A stretch of 64,000 bases of DNA. Origin: Stegostoma tigrinum (Eukaryota). The DNA lies in NCBI RefSeq assembly GCF_030684315.1, contig NC_081393.1, positions 9,621,565 through 9,685,564 on the forward strand, read 5' to 3'. The position numbers and the translations under genes are program-made. The first letter of the stretch is position 1; each line of letters begins with the position of its first letter. Shown here one piece after another: positions 1 to 15,304 of the stretch. Below the pieces are notes generated by a model. That model had not been told where the DNA came from and did not search any database. It saw nothing but the letters and a program-made list of their open reading frames with translations.

Positions 1-2109
1 GAGATCTAAAACACCAATTTCACCTTTCCAAGAATTGAGTAAACTCCTGAGGCCATACTTGTCTTGTAGATGCGAGAAGGTGGGCAGATTTCTCCCCACA
101 CCAAATAAAATCCAAGATGCAAGCCAACAGTCTTAATGCAAAGCAACAACCCTTCACTCCCACGAGTGCGGATGTGCATCTGCAATTGCAAGTGTTGTGA
201 ATGAACAATGAATGCAGGGCTCAACACAATAAAGACCCCACGTTTAAAACACCAAAAACATCTAAAGGAAAAATGGAGTACTCAAGAAAGATAGCTACAA
301 ACCCAAGAACAGTCAGCGTTTCTTAATATTAACAAAGATGTTATGATATTTTCAAAAGAGCAGCTAACAAATTGAGAATCAGAGTTCTGTTGACTGGAGT
401 GTAGTGAATTGATAAAAAGAAAGATGGCAGACAAATTGAGGACACAATGAATATCACAAACTACAAAGCAGTGATGGAATACGAACTACGTTCAAAGTAA
501 ATACCACCTCTTCAAAGACTGAACTGCCCTGTAAGTGGTAACAAGACACTGAAAAAAATTCTGGCTCAAACGTGAGCTGTTGTTGCAGTGGATGATACAT
601 TACAGCCACAATTTGTTCAGCTGTCTTTCTGTCAGGACACTCCACTCAAAGAAATGCAGACTACTCAGGAGGGAAGGTGGCGAGACAAGCATATTCAGTA
701 TATGGCTCTCTTCTTCAGCCATGCTGTGGAATACCATTTTAAACTAAAAACTAGCTTTCTACAATGACAAGGCTGAGTTTAAATCCAGACTGGAAATTGC
801 TTGTGTGACTGCAGTGAGGAATTTTTAACTTTTTTACTTGGTGGTTTAAAATGAAGGTACTTAAACGTACACTTTTCATTCCTTTACTCAATCATAACTT
901 GCTTGTCAGGTTCTAAACTCACAACATAATACCTTTAAATTGTTCAATGAATTGATGGCAAGACAGAGTTTACACAAAACTCCAAGCAGTGGGAGTATAT
1001 TCAGAACAGTTTCAGCATTTTCATTCATTTGGCAACGAGCTGCTTTGTCTTGCCACAATATTTGTCAAAAGCAAACCATCTTTACTTGGACGTACAATTC
1101 ACCTGTTTCATGTTGTGCCCATTTCTGAAGGCTGCCTTTGGATATTTTTCCAAAATTCATTCATGCCATATGGATGTTGTTTATGTGGACAACTTTTACT
1201 GCTTGGCCCAAATTTCCCAACAAAAAGGTGGTGTTGAGTCACGTTCTTGAACAACTGCAGCCTCCACGTGATTGAAGTATTCTGAAAATCCTGAATTGCC
1301 ATAGCAGAGGAGGCTATTCAGCACACTGTCTGCACCAACTCTCCAAACTCTCCTGGCCTTCCCCCCTCAGTCTTTCAGATTGTGCCTTTCCATGTAACAA
1401 TCTAGTACCCCCCCCCCATTACATTCTCATGCGCTATGTTCCAGACCCTAAATATTTCTTGAGTATCAAGGGTTTTTCTCAGAACCGAAGCCCTCTCATT
1501 CTGAATTCTTTCACAAGCAGAAACATTTTGTCCAAGTTACTCCAACTAGACCCTAGCCATGATGTTGAACACAAACCCAATTTTGACCCAGCATTCTCGC
1601 CTCCAAGAAAATGTGGCATTCAGCTTCAGAACTAAAACTCATCTTTCAAAGCACTGTCCTAAATCACTTCTGCAATCTCTTAAATGTCTTCACGTCACAG
1701 CTCAAGTGCAGTCCTCAGAACTGATTAAACACTCCAACTGAGACCAAACTGGTCTTTTTGGAGTGCTCTTTGGAATGTTACTCGAGGCTTTTGATACAGC
1801 AGTGAAAGAGTAGCAATCTGGTGCTGAGTCAGAATTTTGGACAAGTCAGAAGGAAGTACACTGATATTCATGAATGCTCACGTTCTTCTGGATACAACAG
1901 GTTAGAGGTTTCCACGATGCCTCTGAACGATCATTTGCGACTCGCTGCTATCCTATTTGTATATAGTATACACAGTTGCTTTGGTGTAGCAGTGCTGGAA
2001 TGCAGTGAGTATTTAAGGTGGTGGATGGGTTGCCAATTAGTTGGGGGATAGCTGGCCCTGGATGAAGAAGGGCTTTTGATGATTTCTGGTATTGCTAGAG
2101 ACCAGGCAG

Positions 2110-2470
2110 AGTCATGTCCTTGGGTGTGTATTCCAGAGGTCCAACCAAAAGCACTGAGGGCACGGGTTCAAATTTCACCACAATGGCTGGAGGAATTCCA
2201 AATCATTTCACAAAATCAGAAACTAACAATCTGCTAGTCACAGTTGCAATACCCAGTTATCTAGCATCACTTTTCGTGAAACCCATCTGATTCAGTCAAG
2301 TATTTTAGGGAGGGAAATCCACCCTTCTCACCTGGTTTGGCCTACATGTGATTCCAAAGCAAAAGTAATGTTGGCTCTCTAAAATGGCCTCATCATTTGA
2401 ATGCCAATTAGGGGAGGCCACAAAAGCTGGCCTTGTCAGCAGTACCCCCATCCCTGCAAAGAATGTATTA
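2110..2470 (+). mobile_element. tRNA-derived SINE (second family)
   Basis: Motifs GGGTTCAAATTTCACC, TTTAGGGAGGGAAATC and CCTGGTTTGGCCTACATGTGA shared with 42585-43125. Confidence 0.65.
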
Positions 2471-5039
2471 AGAAAAATGCACCAGACCTATTTACAGTGG
2501 CAGGTAACTAGCAATTCTACTCAGTTGTTCAAACTGAGATAGACTCCTTTTAGTGATTGTGTGTTTGCCTATCTGCAAGGCTTGTGCAGTTGTGCTTTGA
2601 GAGGATAGTATGCCGGAGCATGCTGACGGCTCAAACTGTAGCAACAGTAATACTGTGAATGAGATAGTTAAGTTTCCCTTGTTGGAGATTGCTTCGTACT
2701 GTTTGGTCTGCATGCCATTTGCCACTTGACAATCCAGTGTGAAACAGGTCTTGCTGTCCAGTCACAAATGCAATTAACCAATGTTCACTTCTGATTGGGT
2801 ATCACATACTTAACCATACATGAAAGGCAATAATGGAAGCAAATGAAGATGCCCGGGCTGAATTTGCCTGCCGCTTCTATGGCCACTCATCTCCAAACAA
2901 TGTTAACAGGATGCATATTCTAAAGTCACACATTGATGACACAAGCAAACCTGCAGAGATGCAAATCAAAAAGGCCATTGATAAGTCTCAACTTCAACAA
3001 TTTGAGTAGTTGATACAGCATAGTACAAAGAGCTATTTTTTTTTCCTGACATGACAAAAGCTACATGTTCCGCAGTTGCTAAATTTCACCTTCTCATACT
3101 CGAAAATAGAATTCCTGCAGTGAGAACTGCATTCAAAAAATTAAGCCATCATTGTGGCTATTCCAAACAATTTCGACAAAGCTATTGTAGCAACAGTTCA
3201 AGGAAATACAGTAAGTCCAAACCAAAGAGCAGTATTGTTTTTCTGGAGCAGCCATCTTGTCCCATTTTGCCAAGCAACCTTCTGAAAAAGGGCAGTGAAA
3301 CCTGCAAGACCTCATTCTCATCACAATTAACGGATAATCTCTGCAAGGGTAGCAATGAACCTCTGGCTAGTTCAGTTATTTTCTATATTCAGCGCAGAAT
3401 GCAAATTCTCTACCCAAACTGACGCATTTCAGCCAGTGAGCAGGTTGATTGTTAAGAAAGAATGCCGGTCATCAAATCATGTCAGTAATAGGACCAGCAG
3501 GTGAATCAAAGCGCACAAAGTAATGGTGCACACAAAGTAACAGAGCATCCAAGCACTGGCTTCAGTACAAAATTGATCAAACACAGCCTTTTTGCTCATG
3601 TGGAGTCAAGGCATCCTGTACTTTTGGCACATACAGATCACTTGGGACTTATTTTTGTGCGACAAATAAACTGACCAGTTATCACCCTGGTATATCCCAC
3701 CTGCCTTTTCAAAACTGCTATCCAAGACAATAAAAGGTCACACTGACAGATTTCATTGCTATCAACACATTTATCCATCCCTAAAAAAAACCTATACCAT
3801 GGATCACTCTCATTAAAACTACCAGATCAGCTGTATGGGGAAAGAATTTATTTAAACTTCCATCTCTAACCAAGAACCGCACTGGCCGGCTATCACAACT
3901 GCACTGAAGTGAATTTATTTGATGTCAGCCTTTGAATGCCTAAAAATAGCTGTTTTTGGCAGCTTACATATAATAGGATCAAGAGAACGTGTTATCAGTC
4001 TCACTGCTGTTGTCAGACTTGAATCCAAATATCCACTTAAGCAGACAATGCAGGAAAAATGTATTAAACTGAACTACTAATTTCTGTAATTTGCAGAGAA
4101 CTAACCTTTTAAACAAAGTTCCATATCATTTTCAACAAAAAAAATACACACTAGACGAAAAAGCTATTCAGCCATCTCACCCACCAGCTTCAGGCCTTCA
4201 AATTTAGCCCCAAGTGTTTTACAAATTCAGTCTCTCAAATTTCTCTTTCTCAAATATCTAATAACTTACATTTCCTCAACAGGTCATGATCCAGATCTAT
4301 ATAAAAAGCTATCAACTGGCCAGGAATTGATAATTATCTCTCTGAGCATGTCAGAATAAACTATGTTCTAATTCAATCCAGTGTTCAGTTTCAGTTCATT
4401 CAGGCACAAGGTACATAGTAGCGTATTGTCAAGTTTTGAATCCCTAAACAGTGAAACAAAAAGCTGGAAACTTATAATGAAATAGAAAATACAGTAAATA
4501 AACAAGTGGCAAGCAGCAAGAGCGGAGGAGAAATCAAATGATCAATAAAGGGCCCAGATTTAGGAACTGACTATATAGCCAGTGATGTGCATGGGAATCC
4601 TGTGGAAATGCTGAGTACTTAATTCTGAACTTCCCAGAACAACTCCCTGCTCCCAGAACTCTGTGCTCAAATCATAAATAGAGTATTTTTCATTGTCAAC
4701 TTCAACAGGAAGGCAGGCCATTTAGACAAGTTACAAACTTCTGGCCAACAGCGAAACTGACTTTACAATCACTTAAACTGATTCCCTCCCACCAACAAAC
4801 CCCATCCTGCAAAGGCTAATAGTGCCCCACCACAAAATGATCTGCCTCAAACAGCCAACCTGTTCGGTCTTATCTACTTACTGAAACATTCACTGACATT
4901 CAAACAGGACTTGTAAATTTGCTGTACAGCAGCTCCAGCCCTAAAAATGGGCATGTCTTGTCTTGAATTGTGGTTAAGACATGTTTGTCAGAATGCAATA
5001 GAAGGCAAGGCAAGAGATTGGTGGGACTGACGTACGGTC

Positions 5040-5520
5040 ATTTAAAACTTCAATGGCCACAGGTGAAGTGCTAGATGGCGGGAGGATAAGTAATGTGGTT
5101 CCTTTGTCCAGAAAAATCACCAAGATACTTGCACAGTTAGTCTAACATCAGTGGTTGGGACAATACTGCTAAAAAAAGGGGTCAATATTAACTAATACTT
5201 GGAAAAGGAGGGATCGATCAGGGATAGTCAGCAAGAATTTGTTAGAGGCAGAACCTGTCTAATTTGATTGACTTTTTAAAAGAAGTGACAGAATGCTTTG
5301 ATGAGGGCTATGCAATTTTAAGTGGCTTACACCAATTTCTGCAAGGCCTCTAATTAGGTCTCACATGGATGTCTGCTCCAACAAGTCAGAGCCCATGGGA
5401 TCCAAGGCAAATTGGCAAGCTGAAGGCAAAGGGTGATGGTGGTGTGAAACCCTTGTGATTGGAAGCCTATGACCAGCAGTCCACCACTGGGATCAGTGCT
5501 GGTACCACTGCTGTTTGCTT
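5040..5520 (+). mobile_element. CR1-type LINE ORF2 (RT) fragment, decayed
   Basis: Degenerate ..NVVPL..K..SLTSVVG..F..GR.CL....DF and G..LVPLLF motifs with stops and frameshifts. Confidence 0.7.
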
Positions 5521-5739
5521 ACAGGAGCTGCTAAAAATATGCAGCAAAGCTCTCTGATACCAACAACTTCCCATCACAAACACAACTGCTGCCACCACTG
5601 CAGCATTCGTTTACTGACTAATGTGCAACGCTCTCTAATAACATCTCTGCTACTTTTAGCAAGTTACCATCAATTGGTGGTGTTTGTTAAATCGTTCTCC
5701 AAACCACTGAAAACAATTTTTCCAAGTGACCACAAAACC

Positions 5740-6860
5740 ATAAGAAATGGAAACAGAAGTCAGCTGTTGAGTCCCAGGAGCTTGTATCGCCATTCAATTC
5801 TTCCAACACTGCTCACATCTGCTTTCCTGTCTTACACCTATTAGCCTTGATTCCCCTCCTGCTCAAGAATCTATCAAGCTCAGCCTTTAAAACACACCAG
5901 TACAAGGGTTCCCAAGCTTTCTGAGAATAAGGTCTCACAACCTTCTTAGAGAAGAAACTCATCATCTAAGTCTTAAATTGACACGCTTTTACTCTGACAT
6001 TGTGCTGCCTGGTCCAAGACTGTCCCACGAGGAGTAACATCCTCTCAGGATTAAGCCTGTAAAGTCTCTTCAGAAGCCTGCGTCTTTCTGAGATCACTTG
6101 ACTCAGTGGTTAGCACCGCAGCCTCACAGTGCCAGGGACCCCGGTTCAATTCCACCCTTGGGCGACTGCCTGCGTGGAGCGTGCACATTCCCACCACGTC
6201 TGCGTGGTTTTCCTCCGGGTGGTCTGGTTTCCACCCACAGTCCAAAGACGTGCAGGTTAGGTGGACTGGCCACGCTAAATTGCTTTTAGTGTTCAGGGGT
6301 GTGTAACCTTGGTGGATTAGGCATGAAAATCGCCGGGTTACAGGGAAAGGGCAGGGGAATGGCGTTGGGTGTGATGCTCTTCAGAGGAGTGGTGTGGACT
6401 TGACAGGCCAAATGGCCTGTTTCCACATTGTAGCTATTCTATGACTTTCTCATGGCTCTAATCTCCAACCCAAAAAGTACAATCCCAAACTGTTTAGCCT
6501 GAGCTCCTAAGACAATCCAGCCAGACCAATGATCAACTAAGTGGACCTTCTCTGAATTGCCTTTAATCAAACAGTAGGTTTCTTTAAACAAGGGGACAAA
6601 ACAGTCCACAGGATACCCTACATGGTCTCACCAGCACTCATACAATTGTCATCAGATCTCCTGGCTCATAATCCAACTCTCTTGAAATAAATCAACATTC
6701 TGTTGGCCTTTCAGGTTATCTGCTGCTCCTGTGTGCTAGCTTTCTGCCTTTTGTGCACAAATCCCCCTATGGCCCTTTGGATTGCAGCGTTCTGCATTCC
6801 ACTTCTATTTGAATAACAGTCTGCCGTTTTGTTCTCCCTTCCAAAATGAACTTATTTTCC
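5740..6860 (-). mobile_element. CR1-type LINE 3' fragment
   Basis: Collinear with 47160-48010; split by the SINE at 6098-6445. Confidence 0.65.
6098..6445 (+). mobile_element. HE1-like V-SINE (tRNA-derived) nested in a CR1 fragment
   Basis: tRNA-like A/B boxes (CAGTGGTTAGCAC, GGTTCAATTCC), V-domain GTCTGCGTGG.TTTCCTCCGGGTG...CCCACAGTCCAAAGA, and a LINE-like tail GGCCAAATGGCCT...TTCTATGA. Confidence 0.85.
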
Positions 6861-7269
6861 GTTTCAAGTTGCCACAGTCCCACTCTATCATGAGACAGAG
6901 AGGGACTGTGAAGTTAACCTGACAATTACCAATCAAGTAAACAGCAAGGCTGAAACATAAATGGTAACTTCAGCTTGACCCACAATGTTGGTGTTATCCT
7001 GCAGTGCAATCCAGCCATCCAGTTAACTAATTGACACGATCAAAGTTCCCCTGAATCTGCATCTGATGCAAACACTTGGTTGTTTGTTCATCAGCTGGTG
7101 ACATGAGCACATATCAAGTCTTTCGACATTGAACAGTGCAGACCAAATTCATTTGATGTCCTTCTTCTCTCTTATTTCTTTAAAACTCACTCACTTAAAT
7201 TAGAAATTCACCTTCTATTTTGGGAACCAAAGTGGAAATATCCACTGGAGAACAGCCAAGAAGAACAGC

Positions 7270-8160
7270 ACAGCACAGAAACACGCCCTTCAATGCACCA
7301 TGCTCACGCAGACACAATGCGTGTTCAAACTGAAAACTTTTATCTCTCTATTCCCTACCTATTCTTTTACCTGTCAAGATGCTTCTTAAATGCTGCTGCA
7401 GTATCTGCTTCTACCTCCCTGTGTACAAAATTTGCCTCTCACATCTCCTTTAAACTATCCCTCTTTTGCTTTCATACTACGTCATCTGGGAATTGACATT
7501 TCTACCCTGGGAAAAAGACTCCAGCCATCTATTCCAATCATACCTGTAACAATGTTGTAAACCTCTATCAGGTCACCCTTGATCTTCCAATCTTCAAGGG
7601 AAAACAAACAGATTGGCCAATCTCTCCACATAGGTAATACCATCTAAATCAGGTAACATCCTGGTAAACCTTTGCTGTACCCCTCCAAAACTTGTCAATC
7701 TTTCTGCTTGTGTGGTGACCAGAACCGTATGCAATATTCCAAACATGGCCTATTTAAACTTCCATACTGCTGACATGACTTGCTAATTTTTGTTCTTTCT
7801 GCCCCAACCAATAGAAGGCAAGCATGTCACAGGCCTTCTTGACCACAACTCTCAACCTAGACACCTACAATCTCCTGTGTGTAAATGCTAAGGGTTCTGT
7901 CAGTTACGGCATACTTATCTTCTGTACTAAATCTTCCACAACACATCACCCGTATTTGCCCAGATTAAATTTCATCTGCCATTTCTCTGCCCAAGTCTCC
8001 CGTCTGTTTTCTGCTGTATCCTCTGGTAAACTTTCTCACTATTCACAGCTGGCCCAATTTTGGTCTTGCCTGCTCAGTTACTCATCAGGCCAACTACGCA
8101 CTCTTCCAAATCGTTTGCATACCTTACAAACAACAGGGTCCCAACACTGGTCACAGAAAT
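7270..8160 (-). mobile_element. CR1-type LINE 3' fragment, decayed
   Basis: Reverse-strand remnants of the WQM.FN.GK and LEYC..FWSP motifs. Confidence 0.65.
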
Positions 8161-11100
8161 CCAGCTAGGTCACTCCACCAAAGAAGGGCTTTGCAGGTCC
8201 TCTGAGAGATCAGCTGACACGTCTATCATCCAGTGTGTAATTAGATAACGGGTCCTATCACTTTTCTGGGTTAAACCAGCTAGGCTCAGGCGTGAACAAA
8301 TGGAGTTGTTATCATCAGTCTGCAGTGATTATAGGCAAAGTGACCTCTGATCCTGCAACCTGTCTGTGGCTCCTGGTCACAGAAGGCGATTCAGTAGTTC
8401 CAACTCAGCTGCAAGCTCTTTTACTCTTGAAACTCGTCCATCCCTACCAATCCTGTCAACACATAGCCAGGATGGCTTAATGCCTAAGTACACTGCAGAG
8501 CATGGCACAGAGCCATGCATTCCAGGAAGATCCGTGGTCTATGTGCAATGTTTTGGAGGAAGGGAGCAGAGCAGGCAGACAGACACGACCTGCTTGGCTC
8601 AACCAGCTGAAGGGCAAGCGTAACTACAACATCATGGCAGTCAATCAAACTTGTTCATTCATCTGTTACTGTAGTTCATCTACTGGGACAGATGAGAAAA
8701 TCAAGATGGCATCACCTCACAGAACCAAATTGAGAAAAGAAATGGATAAGGCAGAATAATACCATCTTCAGATGCTGTTTGTTTCAATTATTGGCTCATT
8801 AACTACTTACACAAGTTACTTTTACTTTGCTGACCAATTCTCCACCATTTTCAGATAATCAAGTGGAATATTCAACCAAAAGCTTCAAAGTGAAATTCAA
8901 GTTTCCAGAGGTGTTCAAAATTTATATGTTGCTGGCAAAAGAAAAAAACTTGTCAAAACAATCCTGTCATTTGCTTAGCTCGTTCAATAAACACTGAAGA
9001 CCAATGAAAGCCAGAACTAACTGCATAGTATGTTTACCCACTTACAGCAACTTCTTCATTAAAATATGAAAATTTGTTATGCTTCTTGTTGCCTCAAGAG
9101 CTCAGTTCTGTGACTGTACAAATTATGTACCTGCGAAGTTACCCAAAGTATCACAATTACAAGTTCAGGTAACAAACCAACTGCTGAACCTTCTTCTCCG
9201 TGGTTCAACACGGCAAACTCTACCCTAACAAGTCAGTGTTTTTCAATTCACTATCATTTACCATCATGGCCCAACATAAAGCCATCCCGCATTTTCAACT
9301 TGCATCCTTAACCTTGAGACAGGTAACAGTGTGATCAACAGCGAATGTGTTAAAGGCCAAGAGCTTTGATCCCAGGCCAGTCTTGCCTCCCATTTGGAAC
9401 GTGCGATGACATGTCCCAAACAGATTTTTGGAATATGGACCGGCAAAACTGAATCAAGTGGTACACTTGAACTCCTGCCTAACTGGAATCGAAGAGGTGA
9501 ATATGAACGTCTTAGAATAGGTGATATAAAGAAGTGAAAACACAACAGCGTTTATGGCTGAGACAATGGTGAGGCAATTATATCACACTAATAGCTGGAA
9601 CTGCAGGAGAAATTTGCGAAGACTGGGAAAGGATGAGGTCAATCTGGGATCTGAAAATATGCAGATTTGAAAGAAAAGATTATATCTTCCAAGACATCCA
9701 GGCAATGCAGATCAAAGAAAACACAGCGACCTGAACCATCTAAAGCAGTCGCATCTTGCTTTCTGTTGCAACAGGTACAATACAGATTTTTTCATCAAGA
9801 ATGGCTCTTCAGTTTTTACAACTAAACTTTAACAAGGGGCACAATTCAAGATGGAGCATCAAACATCCCTTTTCTTTAAAAAAGGACTTCAAACATCTCT
9901 GCCTCTATCTTATCATACTCTTCAATTTACCTGTTTTGCAAGCCAACGTTGATATGCATACTCCAAAAATGTCATTAACAAATGTCGTCAGTCTCAACTC
10001 CACATCCAGGAATTTCAAAGTTGCCTTCACAAAATACTTTTCTGTCACCCCTACTGACAACAACCAATGCAGCAGAACATGAGAAAGCATCATGACCAAA
10101 AAAAACACTTTGCACACACAATATCCAGGAAACTGAACTAAAAGGAAAACACTGTTTGCTTTCCCTGTTCTGAAAAATTCAGCCTTATGGCTCAGGAAAA
10201 GAAAGACTTTGGAACAATGGTCATTCACTGACTATTTAACACAATGTCACAAATACAGCAAGGTGCACTTCTAAGTCTCAGACTTAAAAAAAATTCCACC
10301 AGATTGTTGAGGAAGCTTTTTACTGGGAGAAGGCTCAAAGCACTCCTTATGCATTACATGTCAAGCTCAACATTGTGTAAGTTAAGGATCAAGACTGGCA
10401 ACTTGAAAGTCAGATGGAGGAAGCAAAACAAAACTCCAGTACATAGCTTTGGGTGTCAAAGGACAACCAACACAGTGCACTGCATTATGGATTTAGCTCA
10501 TTTCACATCAGAACCTTTGCAGTGCATTGAAAAGCTGAACTATACCCAGGAGTCAATAGGAACTATATCCACATGGAACTTGCATGCTCAATTCAACAGT
10601 CGACACTGACTCTGCAATTTGTCTTAATATGTGCATGAATCCACGTGTTTGTGTTATACAGTGTGGTGTGTGATTCTCTCCATTTCTGAGGTCATGAATC
10701 CAAAGTTACTGTCACCAGTTCGAATGAATTCATCCAGTTGTGTCAACTGCAAAAGCTAAATCTAACAGGGCATTAAAATCATGCCATTTCAGTTAACACT
10801 TGCTAACCTTAGCTATGAAAGCAAAAGTGCATTGAGCAAGTGATTTTCTCTAGTGCTTAAACATGAGTTTCTTCTTCCAACTCAGAAACCTCAGTCACAC
10901 CCAAGGATATCAACAGCTTTTTAAACTGTTTTGTTATTTTACACACACTTCATGAGCAAAACTGTCAATAACATTCTTGCTAAGCGTGGCTATGAATCAA
11001 GTGAAAATCCAATCTAAGCTATGGGCAAGCTTGGGTCAGTACCTCATGCACAGCACCATTTGCAATCTGCCAATTCCATTAAACAAATGAAGACCAAGAT

Positions 11101-14100
11101 TCCAAAGAGCTAACTCACCTGAACAGCAAAATGCAACATTCTTCTTCCAGTCACCCAAAAAATTCAAAACTCTCTGCCATCAAAATCTGCAAACATCCAA
11201 GTTGGATCAGGACATCTGCTGGCAGATTTAACAAACAATTGCTCTTGCACTGTGACCACTCATCTCAATTTATGCACCTCATTTCACTGTCACCAAAATG
11301 GAGATGAAGTATCAGAGGACTCTCAGTACCTCTGCTGGAAATACTTGTGAAGCAGCAGTAAGGTGCATGATCTGAGATGTCAACTGATTCCCGATACATA
11401 TGCTGCACGTTTCAGTAAGCATTTCCAAGATTCTTTGCCTTTATTTCTGATTTCTAGCATTACTGATGAAATTTCTCCAGCCATTTGTCGATATTACTGC
11501 CAAGTGAAGATCCAAGATATTTTCTCAGATATTGTGGGAGCATCATCATACCTTCAAAAGTAGTGGATGATCTTGAGAACCCGGGTTCAGATATAAACAG
11601 ATTACACCAAAAAACACCTCGAAGTGTCAAACTCAGAAAAAATTGACTTTTCCATGATGACTGATCCAAGTCAGTAATGGAAACCATATATTTCCAGTGC
11701 TGTAAACAAATTACTGAATAGAGCACTGGAAAGAAACCACCCTCTGCAAAAGGTTGGTTGCTACGTTTATTTATGCAGCATTAGAAATAATGAAACAACA
11801 ACAACATGCTTGTTAACAACTGGAGTTGGCAATATCCTGAACATGTCTGTCTCTTCAACCCCTGACTACCCAAACACACCTGGTAATAGGGAGTCACAGA
11901 TGGGAAAATCTGAACTCTGGCCTCTGTGACCTCAATGTAAAATACAGTGAAGCAACATCATGAAGCACAATAACTTGTCTCATGGAAACGGAGCTTCCAA
12001 TATTGTGAAGGAAAAAAGTCTTCTTTCTCAAACTGAAACAATGCTTATGTGTCAGTCTACGTAACTGTTATTGAAATCAACGCAACTTTACTTTAAGATA
12101 TCTGATTTTCAGGTTTTAAAACATCCAGAGCATCATTGACATGAGAAGAGCATGAAATCTGGACAGTTCTACATCAGTTACCAGCTAACAGAGCGAGACT
12201 GAAAGCACACATTTTAAATAATTCCATCTGGCTCATCAACTTTAGCAACATAACCAGCATGCCAAGAAGCAAATCAAACCAATTCATATTTCAACAAATA
12301 ACTTGACTCCAACAGCCTCTCTTGCTCTTCCCCATTCCCCCCCCACCCCCCACCCCCCATCCCCCGCATGGTCAAAAGATCCAGCGAGCTCAGTTGAAAA
12401 CGCATCACAAGAATCAAACTTGGACACAGGTGGTGGGAGTTGGTAGTGGAGTGGTCAAGCCTTTGCATTGTAACCCAGGCGACTGTTGGACTACCCTGTG
12501 GCCAATAATACTGTCCCTACCTCTGGACCTTACCATACTGAAGGTTCCACGTTCAAGTCCCACATGATAATGAGATGCATGATAACACATCCAAATAGGA
12601 TGATGAAAATCAACCAAAACTTACCATGCGGCATCATTCCAAGACATCAGTGGCCATCTGATCCTGCGATTGAACAGCAAGAACTTTGAATGACACAGCA
12701 CCTTTAACAGAGTAAATGACCCCAGCCAAAGAGAGTGAGTGCCAGCGAGTTCAGTAACACAAAAAAATCCTATCTTAACATCTTACTATTCTCTGCTAAC
12801 ACTGTTCTCTTTCCCTTGGGTCATCATCAGCAGTCATGTAGTTGGTCCAACTGTCCTCCTTCAAACCCAAAGTCATGAAAAGCAATTGATATATTTCTTA
12901 CTGTCATATTAGTCAAGATCAAGATTTCAATCTTTCACAATACTTCACTGGTCTGAATGGTCCAACAGATGTCACTACATATATTGCACACCTGCAATCA
13001 CATTTTGAACATCCTGGTATCATTCACACTGATTGTCCCTTCAGGCAGTCTTGTGTGTTAACAAGGTTGTACTTATAACAACTTTACACTCAAAAAAGGT
13101 TTCATCAGACAGCTCTGTTCACGGATTGCACGCCTACAAAGGGGTGATTATTAAAGGAATTCAAACGAGGGCCAGGCTAGGAAGCAAAATGTGACAATGC
13201 GTACCACAAGATATTCAGTAATGCACATGAATAAACTAGATTCACATGCACAATTAATAGTTATGTGGCAGCAATCGTGGCACAAATTTAAGTCTGGACA
13301 CTTAAAAAGTACTGCAATCAAACTGACAGTAACTCCATCCTAAATTCACCAATTAGACCAGCTTACTTATTGAGGCAAGCACAATGAAGTAATAACGATA
13401 CACAAATGGCCCAAGGCCCTGGGTCGCTGAACGTATCCAGGATCATCACCTTGTCCTTTTAGTGACACCTTCTTCCAGCTTGGTAAGGACAAACAGCCAG
13501 ATTCAATTTTGCTGTTGCCTCACTTGATTCAACGCCCAACAATTAGGGATAAGAATTTTCAGTCAGAAACACACCTCCACTTGTTAAAACACACTCAACG
13601 GAGCCATGAGCATTTTCAAAGTAGAGAACAAAGAAAAAGAGGAAAAATAGATGAACATGGATTTCACTTGTTATTTTGTCTTCTACAACAGAGCAACATG
13701 CTTTGGACAAAGTTCAGCCAGTGAGGCAGTCAGGATCTTGGCCCTAAGTTAATATTTTTCAAATTTTAATGATCAAGAACAGACATTACTTTATTATCCG
13801 AACACTCCATAAAGGCAGTAGGCCCTGCCCAACCTCAATCGCTTTGTATTGCTCATAATTAAAACAAACATGTTATTTTCCTTGGCTCCTTTAGAGAAAG
13901 CAACCTCCCAGTTTGCAGGCAAATTGCAGACAGTCTTTCCAAACTAAACCAACTTTCGCCCACCTCATGAAATTATTTGCTCTTTCCACACATGCAGCAG
14001 TCACTGACAAGTTTTTTGCCTAAACTGGCCTTAAAGTCAAGCATATGTGGATCACACATGATGCAGACCAGTCAAGGCACGCGTAAACCAGATGGGTCTT

Positions 14101-14700
14101 TAAGACTCATTGACAGGAAGTCTTCATGAGATGATTAAGTCTACCTTTCCATTCCAATTTTGCTGGTTTTGCATTAAATTCTCACCAGCTGGTCGGCTGG
14201 GATTTGAACTTTTGACCCGACAACACATGAGCTTGAGTCCCTAGAGAAATAGATCAGTGAATCGACCCCTTCTTCCACTCCCATGTTCACAGAATTCTCC
14301 ATTTTATCAACTGGAAATTATCTTGAGACAAAATTCAGTGCTCCCTCAAATACTTCGATTTATCATTCAAGCCAATACGGTACCCAACCAGATAGAGCAG
14401 GAACTTCCAGTATGAACTCAGCCAGTTTTTAGGCGAAGGCCATTAGTGTGATCTAAGCAGATGCAACATCCATAAGTACACAGAAATTGCACGTCAACAA
14501 CCTCATGCATGAACACCAAGATTCTGACATCATCCAAGCAGTTCAGGCCAATGCAGGTCAAACAAAGAGCAGCAAACACAGACTGAGCCTGGGACAGATC
14601 TCACCTGTGTAGCATTACACAGTGAACTCCGTCAACTTAAATACACAAATCTTCCTTCAAGCATTACCAATACAAATGGGAAAAAGATTACAATGAAGCC

Positions 14701-14783
14701 GAGATAACACAGTATAGAGCTGGACGAACACAGCAGGCCAAGCAGCGGAGGAGCAGGAAAGCCGACGTTTCAGGTCGAGATCC
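14701..14783 (-). mobile_element. Single arm of the PLE-derived family
   Basis: GAGATAACAC...GAACACAGCAGGCCAAGCAGC...GACGTTTCAGGTC matches the family arm. Confidence 0.75.
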
Positions 14784-14899
14784 GCCTGTGAGACAAAGAG
14801 CAAACAGCTATCCTTTCAGACTGCATGTTTACAAGATGCCCCGATTCAGAATGCAGCTCCAAAGTAAATTTGGAATTAAGTGCACATCATCATGGAACA

Positions 14900-15303
14900 G
14901 GGATGGTGCAGGAGGGAGGGATTCAAATACCTGGATAAGTGGGGCTCATTCTGGGGTAGGTGGGACCTCTACGAACAGGATGGTCAACACCTGAACCAGA
15001 GTACCACTAATATCCTGGGATGATTCAGCAGGGGGATGGGAACCAGAATTGTAGCTCCAGTGTACAGGAGAATGAGAGTAGTGAGGTCAGGAATAAGGTT
15101 TCAAGGACACAGGAGTGTACCAGCAGCCAGGAAGGTGGTTTGAAGTGTGTCTACTTCAACGCCAGGAGCATCCGGAATAAGGTGGGTGAACTTGCAGCAT
15201 GGGTTGGTACCTGGAATTTCGATGTTGTGGCCATTTCGGAGACATGACTGGAGCAGGGACAGGAATGGTTGTTGCAGGTTCAGGGGTTTAGATGTTTCAA
15301 TAA
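14900..15303 (+). mobile_element. CR1-type LINE ORF1 end / ORF2 endonuclease start
   Basis: GLKCVYFNARSIRNKVGELAAWVGTWNFDVVAISET is the APE endonuclease N-terminus. Confidence 0.85.
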
Positions 15304-15304
15304 G

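Noticed and set aside
6098-6170. tRNA-like A/B box sequences (also 15370-15436, 26706, 40769, 27500)
   Set aside because: Heads of tRNA-derived SINEs continuing into SINE body sequence; no complete cloverleaf.
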